A DNA stretch of 42,545 nt from a virus: positions 1 to 42,545 of the IMG/VR virus record IMGVR_UViG_3300037067_027672. One strand, written 5' to 3'. The position numbers and the translations under genes are program-made. Below the pieces are notes generated by a model. It saw only the letters and a list, made by a program, of their open reading frames with translations, did not search any database and had not been told where the DNA came from. This document shows positions 24,116 to 32,071 of the stretch, piece by piece. Within the stretch, counting starts at the first letter, position 1. Every line of letters begins with the position of its first letter.

Positions 24116-24802
24116 TCAGAGAATCTTAACTTTGATCTGAGCAACCCGGTGCACAAGATCGTTATCTGCCACAGTCAGAGCTACCGTGGAAGGTTCCTGC
24201 AAGGTGATCACAGTCGCTGTCAGAGACTTGACCCTATTGAGCTGGGTGTCGCCATCTGCATCCCTGAGCATAACATAATCACCTTCGACCAGTCCCATGG
24301 TTGCGATAGCACCAGCAGCCATTGTGATCTGAGCATCGCCGATTGCTACGCCAGCCGCGGGAGTTGCCATGGAAGCCGCCAGGGTAACGCTCTCTGCGGC
24401 CTGAGCAACGGACGTTATAGTCTTGGTAGCTCCTGCCAGGTTGCCAGCCTCAGCCAGTACCCCCCAGGCACCAGAACCACCCGCACCACCCAAAGCGGCC
24501 ACTTCAAGGAAGTCGCCCTTGATGATATTTGTGGCACCGAGTGCGATCGCCAGAGCATTGATCTCCCCGCTGTTGGCGTAAGGCACATCATCGTACTGCT
24601 GATAGAATCCGTCGCTTCTCAGGACCACGTTATTGGCTGGCTGTACTGCGAACCCTAGAATCTCATCCGTGTCAGCTGCAGAGGCATATACGGCCTGATC
24701 CGTTCCATTGTTGATAATCGCAGCACCAAAAGCTATCTTGCCAGCTGCAGGGATAGAACTGAGCGGCCCGGTCTTGGGCGTGGTCACTTTTCTCAGAACC
24801 AT
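24116..24802 (-). CDS. Capsid cement/decoration protein
   Basis: A/G/V-rich; KIAFGAAI...ILGFAV...KGDFLEVAA pattern; lies between scaffold and MCP. Confidence 0.65.
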   Translation of the reverse strand: MVLRKVTTPKTGPLSSIPAAGKIAFGAAIINNGTDQAVYASAADTDEILGFAVQPANNVVLRSDGFYQQYDDVPYANSGEINALAIALGATNIIKGDFLEVAALGGAGGSGAWGVLAEAGNLAGATKTITSVAQAAESVTLAASMATPAAGVAIGDAQITMAAGAIATMGLVEGDYVMLRDADGDTQLNRVKSLTATVITLQEPSTVALTVADNDLVHRVAQIKVKIL

Positions 24803-24804
24803 CT

Positions 24805-26637
24805 CTATCTCCTCCTCATATTGAATTTCTTGTTCCTTTCCGCCTGCTTAGCAGCCAGGTTGAAGGACTCGGGCTCTTCTGTCATGGACTGTCCTTTTAG
24901 AACCCGAGACTGGAAGGAAGCGATCATCTCAGGATGGTTAGCCTCAAAATCGAGGTACCCCGTCTGTTTGCACTCCTGCCAGAGTTCATCCCCCTGTTCC
25001 AAGAATGCAGGCTTGAGCTTGGACAGGAACCGCTCCTTCTGTTCGGCCTCGATCCTGGCTTCCAGGGTGGCCTGGATATTCTTCTGTTCGCCCTCAAGAG
25101 CCGCGTTCTTCTGCTCCAGGGCATCGATTCTGTTTAACAAAGCATTAATCGCTGTCTGGATTTCCTCTATCTCCATAGTAGCTCCTCCTCCTGGAGCATA
25201 TGACAATGATTTGCAGTCCTTACACTGCACGTTGAACCCGGCACCGTCTTTGGTGCTGACTACGCCTTGTTTCACAAATGAGTACTCATGGAAGACGTAA
25301 GGCCCGACTTCCTTTACATCATACTCCTTGACCTCCCCGGTCCTGGGATCTGTCCAAGTGCCCGGCTCATCGACCAGGTAGCATTCCCATCTGAGAGAGC
25401 CGTCATGAGGTTCGCCGGAAAGAAGAGCTTCTAGCTCTCTCCGAGTGAGATCGATCTCAAAGAATCGGGTTGTGGCAGAGGTTTTCCTACCTTCTGGTTT
25501 GTTTGTGATATCAAACAGCTGTCCTACCCTCCGGGCCTCCGGGGTGACATCTTCATGGTTCACAACTACAGGCAGGCCGTGCAGCCAGTGGCTGTGTGGT
25601 GAGAATTCCTCATAGTCCCTAAAAACCCGTACACCCCACTGCTCGTAAACTCCTTCGATCAGCGGAACAGTTGGGATGTATAGAATCCCGTCTTTTCTCT
25701 TGACCTTCTGGCAGTCGAAAATGATAGTAGCGCTTCCCATGCCAGAGGCCCGTTTAGTCTGCTTCGTTCCTATTCCTTGCACCCCCTTTTCCGCTCCTGT
25801 TTCCTGGATTCCTTCAACACAACGACACAAAACGTGAACTTTTGGAGTATGTGACCCGGTCGATCTGTAAACACCATCAGGCAGTTCCCGAGTCTCACCC
25901 GCTAATGCAGAGCATTGGGGACACAACCGTTCGTCCCCGGTCACTATCCTATAGCCAGCGTATTTCTGAGGATCTAAGATGCCCCGGCCTACTGCGCCTT
26001 TGGTAGTCTCATAGAATCCCTGAGCAGCAGCCGTCACAGCTTCCTGTACGGCAATGGTCCGGGCACGTTGGTTCAAAAGACGCTTAGCATACTTTGCAGA
26101 TTTCTTCGCTATCTGGTCCTCGGAGAACTTGCCTTTCTTCCTCAGCCTGTTCTCCAGGTTCGTTACTGCTATCGCCCGTCTGGGATCTAGCCCTACGATC
26201 TGCTTGATCATCCGGGCCTGTTCCTGATACGTGATCCCATCCCGATAACCAGCCAGTACGATCTCTTTTACCGCTTCTCTCTGGCTGTCGGAAATGGCAA
26301 CGATCTCATCAGCCGCGTACTGTTCAATCCATTTCAGAGCGTTGGGATCGGTGAGCACAAAGCTAACTTCGGTGCTGGTGGTGATGACCTCAGCCAGGTA
26401 CTCAGCCGCTATGCCCGAGGCTGCCCAAAATCCGCCCTCCAGCAAGTCCGAAGGATCGTAATTGCCCCATGATAGGGCACCTACCACCATATCCGGCGCG
26501 TTTCCGGCCATTAGTCGCCGTTCTACGTCGCTCCAGTCGGTGCTCTGGATCGTGTTCTTTACTGAGTCCAAGAACCTGGCTTCCAGCTCTCTGATCCTGG
26601 AGTCCTCTGCGCTACGTAGCGCCTTAATATGATCCAT
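24805..26637 (-). CDS. MuF/gp7-like head morphogenesis + DUF2213-like prohead protease + scaffold fusion
   Basis: RARTIAVQE...DERLCPQC...PKVHVLCRC (MuF); IPTVPLIEGVY...LHGLPVVVNHE (protease); acidic coiled-coil C-terminus. Confidence 0.8.
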   Translation of the reverse strand: MDHIKALRSAEDSRIRELEARFLDSVKNTIQSTDWSDVERRLMAGNAPDMVVGALSWGNYDPSDLLEGGFWAASGIAAEYLAEVITTSTEVSFVLTDPNALKWIEQYAADEIVAISDSQREAVKEIVLAGYRDGITYQEQARMIKQIVGLDPRRAIAVTNLENRLRKKGKFSEDQIAKKSAKYAKRLLNQRARTIAVQEAVTAAAQGFYETTKGAVGRGILDPQKYAGYRIVTGDERLCPQCSALAGETRELPDGVYRSTGSHTPKVHVLCRCVEGIQETGAEKGVQGIGTKQTKRASGMGSATIIFDCQKVKRKDGILYIPTVPLIEGVYEQWGVRVFRDYEEFSPHSHWLHGLPVVVNHEDVTPEARRVGQLFDITNKPEGRKTSATTRFFEIDLTRRELEALLSGEPHDGSLRWECYLVDEPGTWTDPRTGEVKEYDVKEVGPYVFHEYSFVKQGVVSTKDGAGFNVQCKDCKSLSYAPGGGATMEIEEIQTAINALLNRIDALEQKNAALEGEQKNIQATLEARIEAEQKERFLSKLKPAFLEQGDELWQECKQTGYLDFEANHPEMIASFQSRVLKGQSMTEEPESFNLAAKQAERNKKFNMRRR

Positions 26638-26641
26638 CGGC

Positions 26642-28039
26642 CTACACCGTCGTGTTGGAGCGGCTCAAGACGTTGTCTTTGCCAAAAAGCAGGGCGTGCT
26701 GAGCCGCGATTTCTTTCAGCTCCTCATCGTTCGGAATAGGCAGTCCTTCCAGTTCGCAGAAGGTCTGGATGGTCATAGCATGGGATCTGAAGTTCTCCAG
26801 GTTCCTCTTATGCTGCTTATCCTGGTCTTCCGGAGACCAATCCCACCAGGCAAACTCATCCACCAGCTCAAAACCGTTCCATTCCAGCCAGGTATTCCAC
26901 AAGCTCTCAAAGGGTTTGCCCCAAAGCTCTCTCTCGCTGGATACGTGGATATCAATGAGGGCCTTGGCGCCGGAGTCTGAAGAACTGACCGCCTGCTCAA
27001 CCCGCTTTATCACATTCCTCTTAAAAAAGAAATCACAGATTTCTTCCTTGAGGTACTGATCAGCATCCCAAGGGTTAAGCGGCATGTCGATCTTGGGATA
27101 TTCGATCTTGGTTCCTGCCAGAGCGACTTTCTTGCTTTCATGAGACTGCCTTTCTGCCAGGTCGTCGCAATGGTCAATCAGATCCTGCATTTTAACCGGG
27201 ATTTTGGCCTCGATCATAGCCACAACGTCTTTGGCATTGATCGAGGCTACTTCATCAGGCACGCCTACCCGGTGCTCAGCCAGCATGCCATAACGCCTAA
27301 CCTCTTTCCAAGCCTCAATGGTTGGATTCAAGACTTTCATGAAGCTCAGGTCGTCCGGGATCGTCATGTCCTCGATATATATAATATTGTCAGGATCTAG
27401 CTCCCGTGGCAGGGCGTTATCCCCCGCCTGGAAGAATCGAGTAATGTCTTGGTTGATATCATATACAATACCAGGCAGAATTTTGTCCGCGATGCAAGAG
27501 CTATAAGGCAAGTTGCCCGGAGCGGTTCCGAAGCTCTGAGCAGGCAGCAGCTGGATTTCAGCAAAATTCTGCCAGTTGCCCTCCTGGATGGTGGAGTATT
27601 CGGCTACCGCCTGCCTGAAGCTCCAGCCATCCAGTGCGGTGGCCCGGACCAGCCCTAGGGTTCCGTTGCGTCGGGATTTCCCGATTCTTCCTATTCTCTT
27701 CTCCTGGATATGGATCTGCTGCAGGGCCTTCTTGATATTGGCCTCCTGGGTGTCATCGGATGGATCGAGAGGCTTTAGGACGTGATCAAATCCGGTGAAA
27801 CAAAGCCTTGATAGACCTGATAGGGATTCCAGCACCACCGGGATAGAACGGTTGGCAGCAATGCGTTCCGGAGAGACAACAACGCTCCGGTCCACATAGC
27901 CAAGCGAAAACCTCTGACGCATCACCGGAGAGCCTGACATGATGGGTGCTGCTGCTTGCTTCTTAGGGAAAAGCCGTTCCAAGAATTTCATCCAATCCAC
28001 TCTATGAGAATTTTTGCTTCTGTACTGCGTACCTTGCAT
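26642..28039 (-). CDS. Portal protein
   Basis: 465 aa directly after terL; helical pattern (ALDGWSFRQAV...LDPDNIIYI...RELWGKPFE). Confidence 0.75.
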   Translation of the reverse strand: MQGTQYRSKNSHRVDWMKFLERLFPKKQAAAPIMSGSPVMRQRFSLGYVDRSVVVSPERIAANRSIPVVLESLSGLSRLCFTGFDHVLKPLDPSDDTQEANIKKALQQIHIQEKRIGRIGKSRRNGTLGLVRATALDGWSFRQAVAEYSTIQEGNWQNFAEIQLLPAQSFGTAPGNLPYSSCIADKILPGIVYDINQDITRFFQAGDNALPRELDPDNIIYIEDMTIPDDLSFMKVLNPTIEAWKEVRRYGMLAEHRVGVPDEVASINAKDVVAMIEAKIPVKMQDLIDHCDDLAERQSHESKKVALAGTKIEYPKIDMPLNPWDADQYLKEEICDFFFKRNVIKRVEQAVSSSDSGAKALIDIHVSSERELWGKPFESLWNTWLEWNGFELVDEFAWWDWSPEDQDKQHKRNLENFRSHAMTIQTFCELEGLPIPNDEELKEIAAQHALLFGKDNVLSRSNTTV

Positions 28040-28120
28040 ACTCTACCGGATCTGTAGATTCCAAGAAACGTTCAAGCAATAGCCTGATCAGGCATAGCTC
28101 CGTAGCGATTCGTTGCTCCA

Positions 28121-29611
28121 TCATCTTCTCTTACCTGTTAATCTGGAAGTTCCCCAGCCCACCGGAGACATTTCTTCTACTGGCGCAAATGTTAGCATCA
28201 GAGCGTCCCCGGAATCGGGGCTTCGGCCTAGCCTCTTCTTGGTGTCTTCCTTTGCTTCGATCTGAATCCAACCCTTTCGAAAACTGTACTGAGGAGCAGC
28301 CAGATCTGCCAGCAGGTTATCGTCATCTGGCAGGGTCAAAGGCTCGGGATTTTTAGGATCTATGGCTTCTCGGAGTGTCCACCATAGCTCTGATCTCAGG
28401 TTCTGATAAACTCGATTTCCTTTCTCATCCTTAACGTCTGAAGCCACCGCCACATTAACGCCCTGAACCTCGATATCTCCATAGGATTTCAGAGAATCAT
28501 AAACGGAAGATCCAACGCCAATAATATCGACATTCACCAGGTCTGCATTGAGCTTCCTGTATCTAACGGCCACCTCTCCGGCCAACTCCGGCCCATCCAA
28601 ACCGGCGAAAGTCTCGATGAAGAGGAGCTTATTCCCGCGGCGTATAGCGATGGCCGACAGGTCCATCCCGCCCCGAGCTACATCCACCCCGATGATGATT
28701 CTATCATTCGTTGGCTCAGTATCCGGCCATGCTGCTATTGCCGCCTCGATCCAGGCCAACGGAATAACGTTGTATTCGCCCTGCTCCGGGAATTCCCCCT
28801 CCACCCTGGCAGAATATGCCGGATGGTTGGGCTTCCAGCGCTTGAACTTGTCCGATACCCAGGCTGGAGTAATCAAGTATGGGGCAGGCCAATCATAATC
28901 CCCACTCACCTTCCTGGGAACCTTGGCCTCCCAGGTGTCATTCTCTATGTCCTCCCTGGTTATTCCCAGCTCGGTGAAATTGGGAGTATCCCAGGCACTA
29001 GTATGGCCTGTTACCCAATTAGCTTCTCGGAAAGCCCGGTAAAATTGCCCACCGATGTTAGTTGGGTTGCCAATCAGAACCAACCTACAATGGGCCGAGG
29101 TCAACACGCCCTCGACGGCCTCGAATATGTCCTCCTGCACGCCCGCCGCTTCATCAACCACCACCAAGAGATATTCGGCGTGATATCCCTGGAACCTATC
29201 CGGATCATTGGTGGAGAGGCCCATAGCGACCCATTCATCCCCCACCAGCGAGAGTTCGGTGGCCTTTGGTGCCAAATTGCCGCCCAAAGGTATCTTAGAC
29301 CTGGAATAACAGGCCCGAATCTCCTTCCAAACCAGCTTTTCAACCTGCCTCCAGGTTGGTGCGGTGGTGATTACGATGGAATATGGGAAGGAAAACAAAA
29401 ACCAGAGAACCAACCTGGCAACGACATAAGTCTTACCGATGCCGTGACAAGACCTCCAGGCCACCCTGGGGTGATCCCGGACATACTCCATGATGGTTCC
29501 CTGGTCCTTCCAGAGCTTAGACCCAAATATGTCAGTAGCGACCATAACAGGGTCGCTTTGCATTAATTCAGGTGCCAGAAGATCCAGACTTTTCTTTTTT
29601 GGCCGCGGCAT
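28121..29611 (-). CDS. terL: Terminase large subunit
   Basis: Walker A SCHGIGKT, Walker B LVVVDEAAG, nuclease IIIGVDVARGGMD and SPDSGDAL. Confidence 0.95.
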   Translation of the reverse strand: MPRPKKKSLDLLAPELMQSDPVMVATDIFGSKLWKDQGTIMEYVRDHPRVAWRSCHGIGKTYVVARLVLWFLFSFPYSIVITTAPTWRQVEKLVWKEIRACYSRSKIPLGGNLAPKATELSLVGDEWVAMGLSTNDPDRFQGYHAEYLLVVVDEAAGVQEDIFEAVEGVLTSAHCRLVLIGNPTNIGGQFYRAFREANWVTGHTSAWDTPNFTELGITREDIENDTWEAKVPRKVSGDYDWPAPYLITPAWVSDKFKRWKPNHPAYSARVEGEFPEQGEYNVIPLAWIEAAIAAWPDTEPTNDRIIIGVDVARGGMDLSAIAIRRGNKLLFIETFAGLDGPELAGEVAVRYRKLNADLVNVDIIGVGSSVYDSLKSYGDIEVQGVNVAVASDVKDEKGNRVYQNLRSELWWTLREAIDPKNPEPLTLPDDDNLLADLAAPQYSFRKGWIQIEAKEDTKKRLGRSPDSGDALMLTFAPVEEMSPVGWGTSRLTGKRR

Positions 29612-29963
29612 TTTTCACAAAGTCCGCTAGGGTGTTCACTACCAGGGGTTCTTCTTCATCTCCAGAAAGTTTTAAGTGGTCACTCTGTCGCAGGTATTGC
29701 TTACCAAGCCAGATCAGCATGGACACATTGCCGTTGTAATCGCCTTCAGGCAGTGCCACCTTTAATTGAGCCCGGCGAATGGCTACCTTGATGGTGTTTG
29801 AACCCCGGTCTATCGCTTCCCGGAGGAGCTGATCTTTCTTCTTTATAGTCGAGAAATGCTGAGGAGTATATCCTATCGCATATGCGATCTCATATTCAGT
29901 GCACCCCAAACTAGCAAGTTTCTCTATCATAACATAATCCAAAACCGCCTTCTTTCTAGCCAT
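29568..29963 (-). CDS. terS: Terminase small subunit
   Basis: HTH (IEKLASLGCTEYEIAYAIG), SMLIWLGKQYLRQ motif; overlaps terL. Confidence 0.85.
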   Translation of the reverse strand: MARKKAVLDYVMIEKLASLGCTEYEIAYAIGYTPQHFSTIKKKDQLLREAIDRGSNTIKVAIRRAQLKVALPEGDYNGNVSMLIWLGKQYLRQSDHLKLSGDEEEPLVVNTLADFVKNAAAKKEKSGSSGT

Positions 29964-30039
29964 TTACATCACAGCGTGCGTTTTATAAGATAAGCGTGAG
30001 TAGGTATATCCGGGCGGCTTATTATGCCCGGAGAATAAC

Positions 30040-30486
30040 ATGCAAACTAGATTGGTGGAACATAAACCCAAAGCGCTCATCTCGTTATGCGCCTGTGGGG
30101 TGCCCTGCAGATATCACGGTCAAACGCATAAAATGGGCCATCGGCTCTACAAAGAGAAGACCGTACAGGAACTCAAAGAGAAGTATGAGCTTGTCCCTAT
30201 CTGCCCTGAACAGCTAGGAGGGCTACCAGTGCCCCGGTGCCCTTGCGCCGTGACCTGGGAGGGCGATGTACCGCACGTAGTTGAGCGAGGGACGGGCAAG
30301 GGGGAGTATAGGGGCCGGAACTTGACAGAGGCGTACCTAGAAGGCGCTAAGTGGGCCGTATGGATGGCCGAGGTATTCGGTGCCGAGCGTGCCTTTATGC
30401 TCAAGCAAAGCCCCGCGTGTGATCCCTCCAATGGTATAGCCTCCCGCGCATTAAGGAAAGCCGGATTATACGTTAAAGGCTTATAG
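30040..30486 (+). CDS. DUF523/TudS-family 2-thiouracil desulfurase-like Fe-S protein
   Basis: SLCACGVPCRYHG, PICPEQLGGLPVPR, LTEAYLEGA and LKQSPAC match the DUF523 SACLLG..CRYDG / CPE / SPSCG motifs. Confidence 0.85.
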   Translation: MQTRLVEHKPKALISLCACGVPCRYHGQTHKMGHRLYKEKTVQELKEKYELVPICPEQLGGLPVPRCPCAVTWEGDVPHVVERGTGKGEYRGRNLTEAYLEGAKWAVWMAEVFGAERAFMLKQSPACDPSNGIASRALRKAGLYVKGL

Positions 30487-30584
30487 ACTATTTTTCGCTA
30501 TCAGTAGACCGATAGTAAAACGTCGCAAACGGGCCTATAAGGTACTAGGGGCGGCGTGTAAGCCGCTCTGGGATGTGAAGTAAA

Positions 30585-30755
30585 ATGCAATATCTGTGGA
30601 AGTTCGAGGTTACTACCCTGGAAAGAGGCGTGTTTATGGAATCCGCTCCGGCAGAGACCGAGAGAATGGCCGAGCTTATGGTTGTCGGAGATCTGGCAGA
30701 GGCCGAGCAAACTGTAGTTGAGATAGTGCTTATGGATTGCGTGGAGGTAGCTTAA
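30585..30755 (+). CDS. Small acidic hypothetical protein (56 aa, not in ORF track)
   Basis: MQYLWKFEVTTLERG...DCVEVA*; TAAATG coupling to the next ORF. Confidence 0.5.
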   Translation: MQYLWKFEVTTLERGVFMESAPAETERMAELMVVGDLAEAEQTVVEIVLMDCVEVA

Positions 30756-30875
30756 ATGTCTCGCAAAGCGAAGAAGTGCTCCAAGCCCCTGGACAGAGAC
30801 AGTCCAGCTTACAAAGCCCTGGTGAAGATCGTACTAGAGAGACAGCGCCGATGGCTACCCAAGGAGGTGCAGTAA
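30756..30875 (+). CDS. Small basic hypothetical protein (39 aa, not in ORF track)
   Basis: MSRKAKKCSKPLDRDSPAYKALVKIVLERQRRWLPKEVQ*; GGAGGT RBS upstream; TAAATG coupling on both sides. Confidence 0.55.
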   Translation: MSRKAKKCSKPLDRDSPAYKALVKIVLERQRRWLPKEVQ

Positions 30876-31265
30876 ATGCCCTCCTGTATATTCTGTGGCA
30901 AACACGTATTGCCCGCAAATGCCGTCAAAGGCGAACCTTCCGTGTGCTCGGTCTGCCGGGATGTATTGGATCAGTATATGGAATCCCGAGCGGTCGAGTA
31001 TATGCAAGAGAAGCTTAAGGAGGATCTGCCTGGGCTCGTTGAAGATACAATATCCCATTGGAATGGCAGGGCCTTCGTGGTCAAGTTCGAGGATAAGTGG
31101 AATAAGCGTATTGAAGGGCAAATCAAAGAGATTATAGCCGATTCCCTAGCCGATATAGTGAAAGAGCAAGTAGCGGAAGCCCTGAGAGATGGGTTAGCCT
31201 CTCTTGTATCCGGTGCAAGACCTCTCTCGCGTGGTAAGAAGACTGCAAAGAAGGAGGCGGAATAA
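30876..31265 (+). CDS. Zn-finger + helical hypothetical protein
   Basis: CIFC...CSVC N-terminus; GGAGGT RBS. Confidence 0.65.
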   Translation: MPSCIFCGKHVLPANAVKGEPSVCSVCRDVLDQYMESRAVEYMQEKLKEDLPGLVEDTISHWNGRAFVVKFEDKWNKRIEGQIKEIIADSLADIVKEQVAEALRDGLASLVSGARPLSRGKKTAKKEAE

Positions 31266-31272
31266 CCGCCTC
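31254..31272. terminator. Hairpin between convergent genes
   Basis: GAGGCGG-AATAA-CCGCCTC, 7-bp perfect stem at the junction of convergent stops. Confidence 0.45.
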
Positions 31273-31274
31273 TG

Positions 31275-32054
31275 TTACCGATCATACATGTAGTAATCTA
31301 TACGATCATACATGTAGTAATCTATAGAACCATTTTGGCAATCTTTATAAAATTCAAGATAGTCGAAAATATTCTTCATAATTTCGCTTAGTTTTTTGAG
31401 ATTAATTTGGGGAATATCAAGATGATGAAGTTCACCATTCGTATTCCCAGGATATCTAAAAGTATATGAACTTCCATCTAAATTTTTGTATTCCTCTATG
31501 TACTCCTCCATAACATTCAATTCTATTTCATCATTAGTATCAATGCCCTGTTCGTTATAATTCTTTTTTATTATTTCTTTGCATTTTTTCCATAAAACAT
31601 CAAGTTTATGATTAGTATCCTTTTTACTTAATAACAGATTTATATCAATAGCTTCCCCAGATTCTAGTTTGTTTATTATATTGTCTTTAATTATCATTGT
31701 TTTTAACCTAGTCTCTAGATACTGCCTGTAAAGGAAAATGACGGGAAAAACTACAATATCGATTCTATCAATAAGAATATGATATTTTTCAACATTTATA
31801 CGCTGCCGATCCTCACCTCTAAGAGTTGCATCTAAAGCATTATTGACGATTAGATCAGCGGCATAATAATAGCCAACGGCATAATAATCCCATTGATAAT
31901 AAAGGAACGCCACTTCATCCATTGATCGAGCTTCAAACAGAGTAGAATTAGCGCTCTCTGGATCGTAACCAAATAACATCTCCTTTTTTAATAGACGTTC
32001 TCTGGGATAAAATTCTCTTTTAGGCATAACCCAAAATGTAATTCCTTTCTTCAT
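31275..32054 (-). CDS. HEPN-like protein (AT-rich moron)
   Basis: YAVGYYYAA...PVIFLYRQYLETRLK...HKLDVLW...TFRYP pattern. Confidence 0.6.
   Translation of the reverse strand: MKKGITFWVMPKREFYPRERLLKKEMLFGYDPESANSTLFEARSMDEVAFLYYQWDYYAVGYYYAADLIVNNALDATLRGEDRQRINVEKYHILIDRIDIVVFPVIFLYRQYLETRLKTMIIKDNIINKLESGEAIDINLLLSKKDTNHKLDVLWKKCKEIIKKNYNEQGIDTNDEIELNVMEEYIEEYKNLDGSSYTFRYPGNTNGELHHLDIPQINLKKLSEIMKNIFDYLEFYKDCQNGSIDYYMYDRIDYYMYDR
31279..31326. repeat. Perfect 24-bp tandem duplication
   Basis: CGATCATACATGTAGTAATCTATA x2, encoding IDYYMYDR twice. Confidence 0.95.
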
Positions 32055-32071
32055 TAACTTAGCGATTGGGC

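Noticed and set aside
24800-26645. Pyrrolysine (UAG) read-through joining head genes
   Set aside because: The genes after the TAG stops at 24805 and 26642 start out of frame
28823-29566. Long + strand ORFs antisense to structural genes (also 16145-16768, 23570-23986, 37169-37681 and others)
   Set aside because: They are shadows of well-supported minus-strand genes and show no motifs or RBS
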